From a virus (lineage: Duplodnaviria > Caudoviricetes): 52,878 nucleotides of DNA. Location of the stretch: IMG/VR virus record IMGVR_UViG_3300028550_003611, positions 1-52,878 of that record; one strand, given 5' to 3'. The notes beneath the pieces are model-generated. The model made no database searches and was not told the DNA's origin. It saw only the letters and a program-made list of their open reading frames with translations. How positions within the stretch are numbered: position 1 is the first letter of the stretch; every line of letters starts with the position of its first letter. Below, one piece after another: positions 36,345 through 48,600 of this stretch. The translations under genes were made by a program, and so were the position numbers.

Positions 36345-37409
36345 ATGGCAAACCCAGACGATAAGTTAGATTTAGACTCAATTACTTTTGACGATGTCAT
36401 TGGTGAAGGAGTAAGTCTACAAGAAGAACCAAATCCTCAAGATGCGCTTCCTGAAGAAAATGAACTAGATGATGACTCTCTTTTACAAGAAGAAGAAAAT
36501 AATCATCAAGAGCAAGAACAAGAAGAAGAAGAGTATGATGATGAAGAAGAAGCTTCTTTAGAAAACATAGCTTCAGAAATTTCTAATAATTTAGGAATAG
36601 ATAGAGAGCATGAATATGACGACACTGTTGATGGATTAACAGAGTATGTTAAAGATGTTTCGCAAGAGATTGCAGAATCTCAAGTTGAAGGACTTTTTGA
36701 ACAATACCCAGAAGTTCAAAAACATCTTGATTTTTTATTAGCAGGGGGAGACTCAGGCAAGTTCTTTGAATCAAATAATCCAGCAATGGATTATAATAAT
36801 TTTGAGTTATCTGAAAGAGATGCTCCAACTCAAAAAGCATTGTTAGCTCAATATTTTCAAGCTAAAGGACATGAAAATGACTTTATTCAAGAAATGATTG
36901 AAGATTATGAAGATTCTGGAAAACTTTTTGGTAAAGCTCAGGTTGCTAAAACTGCTCTTGCACAAAACCAAGCTTACGAAAGAGATCAACTTTTAGAAAA
37001 TCAACAACAAGCTTATCAGCAACAACAAGAAAACGACGATCAGTTTTGGGACGGAGTTGCAGATGTTATAGAAGGAGGAAACGAATTTCATGGAGTTAAA
37101 ATACCAGATTCTGAAAAGAACGGATTTTTTGACTACATATCATCCCCGCAAGGAGATGAAGGTATCACGCAACGTGATCAAGACTACAATAATGCTCCTA
37201 TGGAGACAAAACTAGCTATAGATTATTTACTATATAGTGGTTTTGATCTTGAAGGAATAATTGATACAAAGGCTCGTACTACAAGTGCTAAAAATTTACG
37301 TGGACGAATTGCTCGAAATGAAGAGCAAGTTAGAAACGCAAAAGGAGCACAAAGAGGACAGTCAAAAACATTTGATCCAAACGAATTGGACATAAACTCG
37401 CTTTTTTAA
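36345..37409 (+). CDS. Acidic capsid assembly / scaffold-like protein
   Basis: Very acidic N-terminus, helical; directly upstream of the MCP. Confidence 0.7.
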   Translation: MANPDDKLDLDSITFDDVIGEGVSLQEEPNPQDALPEENELDDDSLLQEEENNHQEQEQEEEEYDDEEEASLENIASEISNNLGIDREHEYDDTVDGLTEYVKDVSQEIAESQVEGLFEQYPEVQKHLDFLLAGGDSGKFFESNNPAMDYNNFELSERDAPTQKALLAQYFQAKGHENDFIQEMIEDYEDSGKLFGKAQVAKTALAQNQAYERDQLLENQQQAYQQQQENDDQFWDGVADVIEGGNEFHGVKIPDSEKNGFFDYISSPQGDEGITQRDQDYNNAPMETKLAIDYLLYSGFDLEGIIDTKARTTSAKNLRGRIARNEEQVRNAKGAQRGQSKTFDPNELDINSLF

Positions 37410-37444
37410 AACAAGCATTTAACTTTTAATATAAATAAACAATC

Positions 37445-38896
37445 ATGGCATTGACGCAAGTACTAAAAACGTACTACAACGATTCGCAGATGACCGACAC
37501 TAATTCGTTGGTTAATGCGCTAATGGAGAAGCCAGAAGAGCTTTCTCCCATTATCACGCACCTAGCCGGGCGTGAAGAAAAAAAATTCCCTCTCTCATTT
37601 TTGACAGAAGGAGTCGGTAATACTAAATCTATTGATAGATTTGAATATGAATATCGTGTAAAAACACACGAGATTAACGTTCGCCCAGTAATAGCTAACA
37701 CTGGTGGAACTACAGCAGTAGGTACAGGAGGAGCTCCTTTTACTATTACTTTCCCAGACCGTTGGTTTGTATTCCCATACACTCTTGTTTCTGAGAGCGG
37801 AGTACTTGCTCGTATTATGGAAGAGCCTAAGCAAGTTTCTGGTGGATACCAATACACAATGAAGCTTGTATCTCCGGATGCTACAGCTCTTTCTAATGCT
37901 GGAGATTTAGCTCCAGGTGCAATGTGGGGTCAACTATACGCTAACGTAGGAATTGACTTCTCTCGTGGAAATGCTTCTAACTGGAGTGCTCCAGGTAAGG
38001 TTCGTTCTAAAATTGGTACAATTCGTAAGTCTTATCAGTTCTCTGGTAATGCTCGTGATTATGTTGCTGAGTTTAGCTTGCCGCTAAAAGCAGGTTCTAC
38101 TACTAAGTTGTGGATGGATTACGAAGAGTACCGTCACATGCTTAAGTTTAAGGAAGAGTGTGAAACTTATTACTGGTATGGACAGAAGACTCATGATGAT
38201 AAGGGTAACACCTTAATGGTTGATGAGAATGGACAGCCAGTTGTTTCTGGTCCTGGTCTTCTTGAGCAGATCATTAATAAAGATACATACTCTACTTTGA
38301 CACAGTCGAAAATTGAGAATGTTATCGGTGATTTATTCTACGGTATGACGGATGCTACAGACAAGCAGGTTACTCTCTACACTGGTGTAGGTGGAGCTCG
38401 TGAGTTTGATAAAGCTATGCGTAATTACTATGCTGGAGGAACAACTAAGTCTCCAGGTAATACATACTTGCAGACTTCAGAGCCTAAGTTTATTACAGGT
38501 TCTGGACGTAACTTAGGAATTTCTGGTTACTTTACTTCGTACGATCACATTGATGGTCATACAGTAAATGTAGTTAAAGTTCCTATGTTTGATCACGGCG
38601 CTGTAGCTCAAGCTTCTAAGAGACATCCTGAATCAGGACTTCCAATGGAGTCTTACCGCATGGTGTTTGTAGATCAGTCTTCTTATGATGGAGAGAATAA
38701 TCTTCAAATGATTAATAAGAAAGGTCGTGAAATGTTGCGTTGGGCAGTAGCCGGTTCAGTAGTTCCTAAAGGGTTCTCTTCAACTGACTCTCGCGCATCT
38801 GATATAGACGGTGCTTCTGTGCACATGTTGAAAACAGCTGGTATCCTGCTTCGCAGATTCGATACTTCGCTTGATTTAACTTGCACTGCATCGTAA
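37445..38896 (+). CDS. Major capsid protein (crAss-like)
   Basis: 483 aa; FPLSFLTEG, GPGLLEQI, TGVGGAREF; strongly biased codon usage; followed by a terminator. Confidence 0.9.
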   Translation: MALTQVLKTYYNDSQMTDTNSLVNALMEKPEELSPIITHLAGREEKKFPLSFLTEGVGNTKSIDRFEYEYRVKTHEINVRPVIANTGGTTAVGTGGAPFTITFPDRWFVFPYTLVSESGVLARIMEEPKQVSGGYQYTMKLVSPDATALSNAGDLAPGAMWGQLYANVGIDFSRGNASNWSAPGKVRSKIGTIRKSYQFSGNARDYVAEFSLPLKAGSTTKLWMDYEEYRHMLKFKEECETYYWYGQKTHDDKGNTLMVDENGQPVVSGPGLLEQIINKDTYSTLTQSKIENVIGDLFYGMTDATDKQVTLYTGVGGAREFDKAMRNYYAGGTTKSPGNTYLQTSEPKFITGSGRNLGISGYFTSYDHIDGHTVNVVKVPMFDHGAVAQASKRHPESGLPMESYRMVFVDQSSYDGENNLQMINKKGREMLRWAVAGSVVPKGFSSTDSRASDIDGASVHMLKTAGILLRRFDTSLDLTCTAS

Positions 38897-38910
38897 TTTG
38901 TGTTTGGTTT

Positions 38911-38960
38911 GCAAAGGAGGGGAAGACAATAGTGTATTCCCCTCTATTGCAATTTTTTTA
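38911..38960 (+). terminator. Intrinsic terminator after the MCP
   Basis: GCAA..GAGGGGA...TCCCCTC..TTGC followed by a T-run. Confidence 0.8.
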
Positions 38961-39024
38961 TAAGTTATTCTTCTTTATAAAAGAACAACTTAGTTATTCT
39001 TTCAAAACTTAAAAGAACATTATA

Positions 39025-39828
39025 ATGAGAAAAATTTTTATTCGTCGTAAGGAGGCGCAAGGTTACCTCCCAAAAGAGATCCGTATAGGAGCTCGAATTT
39101 ATTTAGGATCTATTTACGTAGGTCGCCAACCATTAAAAGGGGTTGAAGGTGAAGAAGCTAAACAGCTGCTTCCAGATATTATTGGTCTACCACATACTCA
39201 TGCAGATTTTCCTGCTAAAGAAAAAGAGTTTTGGGCAGGCCTAAGAATTAAAGTTCCATTCGAAGGAAAAGAACTTGATATTACTACAGATGAGGATGGA
39301 GTTCCATCAAATCCGCAAGATTATGTTACTTATAAATGGTGTCAAAAACATTCTCAAGTTGCAGAATCAGTAGAATTAATGAATTCTCAAGCTGGTAAAA
39401 AGTTTTATATTTTTGATCCACAAAAAGATGTTTTAAAAAGACATAATAAAATACAAGTTTCTAAAGAAGCAGATCTAGAATTTTTAAAAGCTAGTAAAGA
39501 ACCATCTAGATTAAAACGACTTTTACGAGTTCTTACTTCTGGAAATCCAGATACATTAACTAGTGTTCAGATTGAAAATGATTTATATGAGTTTAAAGGA
39601 AAAAGTCCTGCAAAATTTCTTAAAGCTGCTAAAGATAAAGACTTAGATCTTAAAGATGAAATTGCAGAAATGATTCAAAACGAGGTTCTTCGTAAAATTG
39701 GAAATCAGCATATTCATGAAGATGAAACATTAGGAGAAAATTTAACTGATACCTTAATATATTTTAAAAATAAAAAGAACTCAGGAGCAGTAAATGTTAT
39801 GAGGGCTAAATTAAAAGAAGTGAAGTGA
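39025..39828 (+). CDS. Conserved crAss-like capsid-module protein
   Basis: Synteny directly after the MCP; no specific motif. Confidence 0.6.
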   Translation: MRKIFIRRKEAQGYLPKEIRIGARIYLGSIYVGRQPLKGVEGEEAKQLLPDIIGLPHTHADFPAKEKEFWAGLRIKVPFEGKELDITTDEDGVPSNPQDYVTYKWCQKHSQVAESVELMNSQAGKKFYIFDPQKDVLKRHNKIQVSKEADLEFLKASKEPSRLKRLLRVLTSGNPDTLTSVQIENDLYEFKGKSPAKFLKAAKDKDLDLKDEIAEMIQNEVLRKIGNQHIHEDETLGENLTDTLIYFKNKKNSGAVNVMRAKLKEVK

Positions 39829-41051
39829 CCGTACAAGAGATGCATATAGCTGTAAACTTGGGAGTGCAAAAAATTGCATCTTTCCAGGCTGATAATTTAT
39901 TACCTCAGGAAATTGATTATGAGCTTAATACAGCTGTGCGTCGTTTTATTTCTCAGCGTTACAACGCTCAAGGAAACAAGTATCAGCGAGGGTTCGAACA
40001 ATCTCAAAAAAGATTGGACGACCTTCGCCATCTTGTTGAAGATGCGGTTATTAACACTGGGAGTTATATGGGGATAGGATATACTTCTTCAATGAATGGG
40101 AATATAGATATTTATCGTTTTAAATTTCCTACAGATTACATGTTTCTTATCAATGTACTTACAGATTGTGTAACTACTTGTAGAAAGAAACCAATATATT
40201 ATGAAGAAAGATTTATTTACAAAGATTATCTACAAATTAATATTAGTCCTCCTGTAGAAGGATATTTAATTAAAGATATTTCTATTGCAAATGAAGAAGG
40301 TAGTTCAGAGTCTATTATTTCAGGACTTGACGGTCTTTCTTATGATTATTTAATAGGTGATTATTACAGCGGAGGAATTAATCCTAGTCTTTCTAGCAAC
40401 GACAGTTTAACTGATAGATACTTTGAAACAGTTTCAGCTGATTCTCCTCCTGCAGATGGGAATGAAATATATTTAGAAAAACAATATGTTGAAAGTAGAG
40501 AAAACGGGTTTTATACATTTGGTAACCTTGATGGTCAAGAAGGAGTAAATGGAGCATATGCAATAGTAACTTGGGTAAGTGATTCAGATAATTCTGAAAT
40601 TTTTGCACAAGTTATAAATACTCCACCACTTACTTCGTATATTACCAACAGAGTATTTCCTGCTATTGATGTAAATAATTTACCAGACGAAATTCTTTTA
40701 GAAGATTTAAAAGATTTTTCTAATCTTAGAACTAATTGTAAATTTGTTCAACAAGATGATATTTATAAAATATTAGACGATCCTTTTAATACAACCAAAC
40801 CTTCACGAATTTTATATACAATTCAAGAAACTTTTTTAGATCTATATGCTACGGGACAATTTATTCCTAATGTAGCTCAAATTAAGTATATTCGTAGACC
40901 TGCTGCAATCTCTAAGGGAGAAGGCGTAGGATGCGAGCTGCCAGAGCACACTCATCATGAGATTGTGGAAATGACAGTCAAAAGCATTTTGGAAGGCGTT
41001 GAGTCTCCAAGATATCAAACGCAATCTGGGGAGGTCCTGGAAAGCGAATAA
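39825..41051 (+). CDS. Tail ring / head-tail connector protein (crAss-like)
   Basis: EIDYELN..., GFEQSQKRLDDLRHLV, DDPFN, YIRRP, CELPEHTHHEIVEMTV. Confidence 0.7.
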   Translation: MTVQEMHIAVNLGVQKIASFQADNLLPQEIDYELNTAVRRFISQRYNAQGNKYQRGFEQSQKRLDDLRHLVEDAVINTGSYMGIGYTSSMNGNIDIYRFKFPTDYMFLINVLTDCVTTCRKKPIYYEERFIYKDYLQINISPPVEGYLIKDISIANEEGSSESIISGLDGLSYDYLIGDYYSGGINPSLSSNDSLTDRYFETVSADSPPADGNEIYLEKQYVESRENGFYTFGNLDGQEGVNGAYAIVTWVSDSDNSEIFAQVINTPPLTSYITNRVFPAIDVNNLPDEILLEDLKDFSNLRTNCKFVQQDDIYKILDDPFNTTKPSRILYTIQETFLDLYATGQFIPNVAQIKYIRRPAAISKGEGVGCELPEHTHHEIVEMTVKSILEGVESPRYQTQSGEVLESE

Positions 41052-41081
41052 TTTTTTTTAACGTTTCTAATATAAAATAAC

Positions 41082-42152
41082 ATGAAACAAGTTTTTATAA
41101 GTAATGCAACTGCTCTTTTAGCAACAGGTGCAGATTACAATGCAGGTGTTCGTACAGTAGGAGGTGTTTCTCATGCTACTGATACCGGCGATGTAGGTAT
41201 ATATAATCCAAGTGCGGGTAAATTTTTAGATGGTGCTAGTGGTCATACATTAGTTAATCTTAGCTCTTCTCCTGCTGCATGGTCTGCAAATACAGATTTT
41301 CAAATTGTGTCTGCTCAGACTTCGGGAAATCCTTTTTCTTCCCCAATTATTAACAAGAATGATGTAACTCGAATTCGAGTTGAAAAAGCTGTTGCTCCTG
41401 TAAAGCATGCAATTGTTTTTCAAGATGCTCAGTCACTAACTATACTACAAGGTGATTCAGTAGTTCTTAAGTTAAATGTACGTCTTCCAGGAGATGTAGC
41501 TTTTTACGAAGCTCAAATTAATCCTTCTGCAGGTGTTACAGGAACAGCAATTAACGCTGCATTCGATAGCCCTCAACGAGTATATTCTACTGAAGTTATT
41601 TCTAGTGCTGCCTATGTTGCAGATTCTGGTGACACTTCGGTTTTGCTTACTCAACTTTTTAACGCTGTTGTAGCTAATGGAACTTTAAGTAAGTTAGTTA
41701 CTGCTACTAATTCTTCAGATGCTTTAACTCTTACAGCTAACATGTATGGTATGATCATAGATGCTACTATTGTTGTTGAAGGAGTAAGTTCAAAAACTAC
41801 TGTAACAGAAACTGCTATGGTAATGGGTTGTGGTAGTTTCTTTGAAGTTGTTTCTGAAGAGAAAAAAGCTCAATATTCTCAAGGTTTCTTTAATCGTATG
41901 TATTTTCCAACAGGTGGGGAAACATTTGCATCTAAAGCTACTGGTGGAGGATCTGCAAGTGAAACAACTACTTACGATAGAATTACTATTGAGTACAATT
42001 CAAGTACCAATGATATGCCTGGATTTAACGGTCAAGGCGTAGGTAACCAAGCTGTTATTTACATACCAGCTGTAGCTACTACTACTGATGCGGCTACGTA
42101 TGAAGCTGCATTTGGGTTTACTATTGAAACTGATATAGACGTTTCATTCTAG
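41082..42152 (+). CDS. Structural protein (auxiliary capsid-like)
   Basis: Ala/Thr/Ser-rich and beta-type; GCGS...E...GFFNRMYFP...YD; followed by a terminator. Confidence 0.55.
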   Translation: MKQVFISNATALLATGADYNAGVRTVGGVSHATDTGDVGIYNPSAGKFLDGASGHTLVNLSSSPAAWSANTDFQIVSAQTSGNPFSSPIINKNDVTRIRVEKAVAPVKHAIVFQDAQSLTILQGDSVVLKLNVRLPGDVAFYEAQINPSAGVTGTAINAAFDSPQRVYSTEVISSAAYVADSGDTSVLLTQLFNAVVANGTLSKLVTATNSSDALTLTANMYGMIIDATIVVEGVSSKTTVTETAMVMGCGSFFEVVSEEKKAQYSQGFFNRMYFPTGGETFASKATGGGSASETTTYDRITIEYNSSTNDMPGFNGQGVGNQAVIYIPAVATTTDAATYEAAFGFTIETDIDVSF

Positions 42153-42168
42153 AAATTTTCTTAATATG

Positions 42169-42210
42169 ATAATGGGGGAGTACATTCCGTACTCCCTACA
42201 TTATTTTTTT
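42169..42210 (+). terminator. Intrinsic terminator
   Basis: TAATG..GGGAGTAC-ATTCC-GTACTCCC..CATTA followed by a T-run. Confidence 0.85.
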
Positions 42211-42226
42211 TAAATTATAATTACTC

Positions 42227-42688
42227 ATGGGATTAAAAAATTTACAGGGAGATACTAGATTAAAAGTAACAGCTTCAAACCTAGCACCAAACTCACGTTA
42301 CACTATAGAGGTAACAAATTTAACTAAAGGAAATACAGCTATAATTAAGAAGCCTAGTCGTGGCGGAAAGTTAACAACTGTTTTGTCTGCAGATACTCGT
42401 GGGGTAAGTAAAGTAATTATTAAAAACAGCAAAGGGGCTGTAATAAAATCCTATGTAACTGTAGGTACAGCAGAAATAGAATGTTGTATAGCTAAACTAG
42501 TAACGGACTCAATTAATTGCACATGCAAGTGTGATAAGTGCATAGAAGATTTACAACGTGCACAAACAATACGTTTATTACTACAAGCTGCTCAATACGA
42601 AGCATCGTTAGGATTAGAGATTACTACTCAAGAAAAATATACTAAAGCTAAACAGCTGTGCACAGAAGTGTGCGCATGTGGATGTTAA
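42227..42688 (+). CDS. Cys-rich structural protein (tail ring-like)
   Basis: ECCIAK, CTCKCDKC and terminal CTEVCACGC. Confidence 0.55.
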   Translation: MGLKNLQGDTRLKVTASNLAPNSRYTIEVTNLTKGNTAIIKKPSRGGKLTTVLSADTRGVSKVIIKNSKGAVIKSYVTVGTAEIECCIAKLVTDSINCTCKCDKCIEDLQRAQTIRLLLQAAQYEASLGLEITTQEKYTKAKQLCTEVCACGC

Positions 42689-42689
42689 C

Positions 42690-45600
42690 ATGGGACAAAG
42701 TTTAGACACTACACGCACAAGAGTTGCGTATGTAATACAAGAATTGGTAAGTGAGTCTACTGTAGCAGGTATACAAGAAACTTTATCAGATAATACCCAC
42801 ACAGTTGTAGCTGTATACGCTCCTTCTCAATCTTTTCCTGCATCTTTAGGCACAAGATATGATCCACTTTTGTCAGCGCACGTAAGCAACGTTACAACAA
42901 AAAATACTACTGACAATACTACACAGTATAATGGCAATGTTGAGGATATGCAAATCTCTACTGAATACCGTGATGTAGCGTCTGGAAACACTATAGAAAA
43001 TAGAAAAATTTCTATTTTTATTCCTCTCTCTTTTTTTAACGCAAACAACTCTTCAAGTCCTTTGCTACAGGGAGTGCAAGTGGCGCTTAAATTTGCTACT
43101 AGAACTTATAATGTTCATTTAATTATTAAACCTTTATTAAATGCAAGTGGATCTACAATTGAAGGTAGAATTAAACTTGATCAAACTATTTTATTTAAAA
43201 ATTATAATACTTTAAATGTACCTGTTATATGTTTAAAGGGAGATGAAACTGCTATAGCTGCTTATAACTCAGTTAAACAAGGAGAATTTTCAGCAAGTAC
43301 TTCTTCAGTTAAACTTTTACAAAAAACGGTTAATACTCAAGGAGAAGAAGAACATTTAGTAACTAAAAATATTCCATACGCGTTTCCTCATTGGTTCTCT
43401 ACTTTTGATTCTTCTGATATTATAGCAAGTGTAGGTGGACAAAATTATTTATCTGCTGGAACATTTGGAGGCACTAATTTATATGTGTCCCCAATATCTT
43501 GGATTTTTCCATGGGAAAACCCTAGCTATCATCCTAATAGCGGTATTTTTGGAACTACTAATATTAACAATTCTTCTATTGAAGCTGGTGCAGAAAATTT
43601 AATTCAATTAGATGAATTTTTTAAGATGCATGAAACTGGGTCTGAAAATTGTTGGGGGGAAAAATATGGAACTTTTAGTTCTTATACTCCAAACTCTACA
43701 AATGCAGATCTTTTACACTACCCTGCAATCTGGGGGCCAAGTCTAATCGGACTTATAGGATTTGATAATTATAATACACTTCCTTCAAACCCTATCTCAG
43801 TTTTTAATCTGTTTACAGATGGTGATTCTCAGTTTGTTATTCCGATTTTACAAACTTTGTATGTAGACGAAATAAACAGTATTTTAATAGATAGACCCAA
43901 TAATATGTTTGGGGAAATTTTAAATAATCTTGAAACTTCTCAAATTATTCAATTTGCAAGTAAAATAACAAACTCTGGATTTATTGGTGCATACACAAAT
44001 GGGAATGAAAGTGCATTAAAAGGAAATGTTCCTTTACTTAATAGAGCACATTCTTTCTTTATGCCAAGAGCGGGATATAACTCTTACCAGTCCGGGGGAT
44101 ACATAACTACATGTAGATTTTTTATAGGCACTGACATTAGCGTTGCTAATCTTAAAAGTCTTTCAAAAAGCAGTAAATTTTTAGAGTTTGCAATTAACTC
44201 TGCTAATTTTCCAGAATTGCACCCTGGAAACTATATTCAACAAGAACCTGTTGCTAGCAACGATAACTTTGGTAGAAGCATGGAGTGTAGCAGACTTGCT
44301 ACAAAATTGTTTTATAATATTCAAACTCCTTTAGAATTAGAATCTAGTAATTCATCAAATATTAGTAATATATATGGAGCGTACAACACAAGATACACAG
44401 GAGAAACTGCTAATACTGCCTTAAACACAGATGTATTAGATGCTTTCCAAGCAAAAGCATTTTCAAATTTATCTACAACTTTTAATGACGCTTTAGGAAG
44501 CAACATGCCAGCAGGTTATGGGGCTTTACCTACTAAGTCTATATCTTTTCAAGATGTAGTTGTTTTACACAATGTTGTAGGTTTTGGAAATGACTCTACA
44601 GTTACCCCGAATAGCACTTATGCTAACAATAGTAGCTATACTTTTCCTACAAATTCTTTTAACTTATTTCCTATACATAGTACTAATGAAGGAACATTTG
44701 TAGATGATGATCCTTCTAGCACTTTTAGAGGAGAAATATTCTCAGAACGTAATAGTCATTTAGTAAATATTTCCCCGTTTGGGACTCAATTATTTACAGG
44801 AAACAGCATATTTCTTCCTTTTTACTACGGCGCTAATGACGATTACGCAGATTTAATTACGCAGACAGGTAGAACAAATGTATTTACTAACAATGGTTAT
44901 TTTGATCAAGGAGGATATAAAAGAGCTCTTTTAGCGAATCCTAATCTCGAAGGTGAGGATCCTTGGAGCGGAACTAGTAACGGAGCTTTCTCAGGCACTG
45001 TTAGTGGATCAACATTTAAAATTAAACATGTTAGTGTAACAGTTTCTGATGTTGAAAATGGATTTTATAATACTCTAAATGCTGCAGGGCTAAAAGTTAA
45101 TTTTACGTTAGATTACACAAACACTAGCAGCTCAGGTAGTACTCAACTTTTAAATTGTAAAAATGATGCTGGAGGATATACAGCTTCTAATTTAACAGAA
45201 GTTTTACAAATATTTGATTCTATAAAATATAAGCCTGGAAGGCTCTCTGATGGGTCAGCTGACTGGGCTTATGAAATTGATATTCTAGATTCTTCAGATG
45301 TAGAAAGTGCTACTATAACAGAGCTAACTTCAGCAAACAGTTCATATACTAGTCTTCATTATAGACTTAATATAGTTTTCTTAAATGATATACTTGATCT
45401 AAATGAAAGCGGGGGTTCGGCTCCCCATACAAATATTATTCCTGATTTAGAATTAAAGTTGCCTCCACAAAATGCTAATCAAGGAGACGAATGGGGAACT
45501 AGACGATATGAAGGGTTTTATGGCTCGCAAGGATACAATAATGTTCCTACAGATATAAACCAATTCTCACGATTTGTTACTTCAGAAATTACATTTAAAC

Positions 45601-48600
45601 CTACAAGTAATGCAACCGGTCTTTTTGTATTTCCTCTTTTAACATACGGATCTATAAAAACTACAATTCCTGCCATTATTGAAGGGTGCACAAATTCAGC
45701 AGCTCTTAATTATAATCCAGCAGCTACTTATGATAACGGTACTTGTCAATTTTGCGATTCATATATTAATGACTCTTTACCTTCAACTATAGCTCAAGGG
45801 GGTCAAGTTTATACAAGTACAGGAATCGATGAATTTAATATTAAATTGCTTTATCCTCAACCATATAATGCAGGTTGGGGAACAGATATTAATGAAGATT
45901 GGTTTCAAGCTTTAAAAAATACTGGAACTATATATTCATCTAGACCTGCTCTTGTAGGAAATGCAGCATCAGCTTATGGGTCTCAAGATGGGTTTGATAT
46001 TGATAGCTGGAAACTTAAATTAAAATTTTTATCTTTTACAGATTCTCAAATAGCAGCTCTTATAGCTGCAAATGCGTTTACAATAAAAATTTACCCGGCA
46101 TCAGAAGAAGCTTTAGCAGCAATTCCTTTTGGGGATCTTTCAAACTCAAGTCAGAGTATAATATCTACAGATGCATTACTTAGTTCTGGGCAGCTGTACA
46201 CAAGCTCAACTTCTCACATAGATACAACTAATCTTACAACTGAGCCTTCTTCTGAAATAACTTGCAATGTTCCCCATACTACAAGTGGTCTTGTATCAGG
46301 GGCTGCATATATAATAGAAGCAAAAATAGATTACACTACTGCTTGTAATTACTCAGGGTTTAATACTACTGTATTTGTATATGGGTTTACTTGGGTAACA
46401 TATTGTGCATGTAGTGATTTTGATAATTTATATCATCTTACTCCGCACGAATGGAGTAACTCTAATCTTTTTCCAGGAATTTGGGAGAATTCAGGTAATG
46501 CTACCCCTACTCAAGTAACAAGTAACATAGGATGTTCTACATCTAATCCTACATTAGTGGGATCTGGAGACACTGGATTTATTTGTTATACAAACGATTC
46601 TCAAACTGATTCTTGTGATGATTACTGGGAGTGGTGTATGACAAACGCTTCTACAAATTGTGTACCTACAACAAACATTAATGAGCTGATAAATATTGAT
46701 GGTAATTTATTTTACCCTAGTGAAAGCGTTATTTCTCTTCATGTTTCTGGTGTATGGAACCCTGCATTTAATGCATACTATTATCCAGATGATATTCAAT
46801 ACGTTGTTAATCTTTTAGATAGCACTGGGTCTGTATTGCAATCATTAACTCAAGATGATGCAATATTAGCTACTAATGTAACCGGGGCCTTTCTTACGTT
46901 TACTACTGATTATGTTGGGGCATTCTCTCTTCAAATTATAGGGCAAAATGAGATAAATCCAGCAACTGAGGAGTACTATGAAAATATTGGTCTTAGTTGC
47001 ACACTTGAATCCGCAACGTATAACATTGTAAATGATGCATGTGAAGTTATTATTGGGTGTACAGACCCTGAAGCAAGTGTAGAAACTTATGATCCTAATG
47101 CAACTTTTACTAATAACGACTTATGTGAGTATGAACCAGAGTGCGAAGCAATTGTTATTCCTGACATTAATTTAACAATATCTCAAGTACCTGCAACTGT
47201 TACTTGCGTATCGGTAACAGAAATAATAAACGGGGTAGAGACTACTTGGGAATATCCTCAAGTGCAAAGCGATGGTTCAATAACTGTAACAGCTGTTCCA
47301 GTAAATGCAGATCTTTTTGGATCTGAAGTAATTTCTATAGGAATAGTTTCTGCAAATTTATTAGAAAATGCAGGATACTCTACGTCAGAACTTCTATCAT
47401 TCTTAATTGCAGGATTTGATACAGATGGGGGAATAGTAGACGAAACTTTAGGTTTATTTTGGTCTCCTGGTACTTTATTACCAGCAGCTGCTTCTGGAAT
47501 AACTATTGAAAATTTACCCCCAGGAGTTTATTATATAGTAGCTACAGGAAATATAGAACAACAACTTGAGTTTCTTGAAACTTCAGAATGTTTATTTCAA
47601 AGTCCTGTTATAATAGATAGTCTTCAGCAAATAACTGTACAAAGTGGGGTAATGCCTGATTGCGAAGAACCTTGTATTATACTTCCTTGTGAGGACTGGG
47701 TTTTAGGATGTACAGATGTAAATGCAGAAAATTATAACCCGCTTGCTACTCTTGAAGATGGAACTTGTGAATACGACCTTGATGAGTGTCAACAAAATCC
47801 AGATGATGAAGCTTGTATAGATTGTTTTACAGGAGAAGATTTAGGGCAACCACTTCTTAGAGGGGCATCAGAACAAAAGAATTTAGATGATATATGTGAC
47901 CCCCCAAATACTGGAGAAGGTTGCACTGATCCTTTGTCTTGCAATTATCAGCCAGATCTACCTTTAAGTCTAAGCAATAATCAATTATGTGATTATTGTT
48001 CATGTAATGAAGATCCGTTTGATCAAGATTGTTTTCCTGATTCAGGAGATTGCGATCCATCTTCTGACCCAGAATGTCAACCTATAGACGAATGCCCAGA
48101 TCCATCTAATCCGCTTTGTACTCCTGACCCGCCAACTTCTGCATGTGTTAATCCAGGAGATTGCCCACCACCACCACCACCGTGCGTATTTTTAGGAAAT
48201 TGCATAGAAGACCCAACAGTTGATGATGAAGAAGATGATGTAATTATAGATGTAGTAGATCCGGTCACAGTAACTTGTCAACTTGATTTAGGTACTGATG
48301 ATACAGGTCCAGACAGTTTTGCAGAGGTGCAGATGAATGCTTTTGCATGTATGTCTGATCAAGGGAAAAGATTGTTATGGAAACTTCGCAGTGGGATAGA
48401 GTATGATAAAACAGACTTGCTTAAGATGTCTCTTATTTCATATTTATTTATGGGAGGTACAGAAAAAACTGATCTTCCATGTTTATGGAACTGCAATGAC
48501 TTTGGGGAAACAGAAAAAAGAAGAGAAAGAGATTGTGTTGCTATATGGAAAAGTGGGGGAGGACGTTTTTGGATTAGAACAGAATTTTATATTAAAGGCA

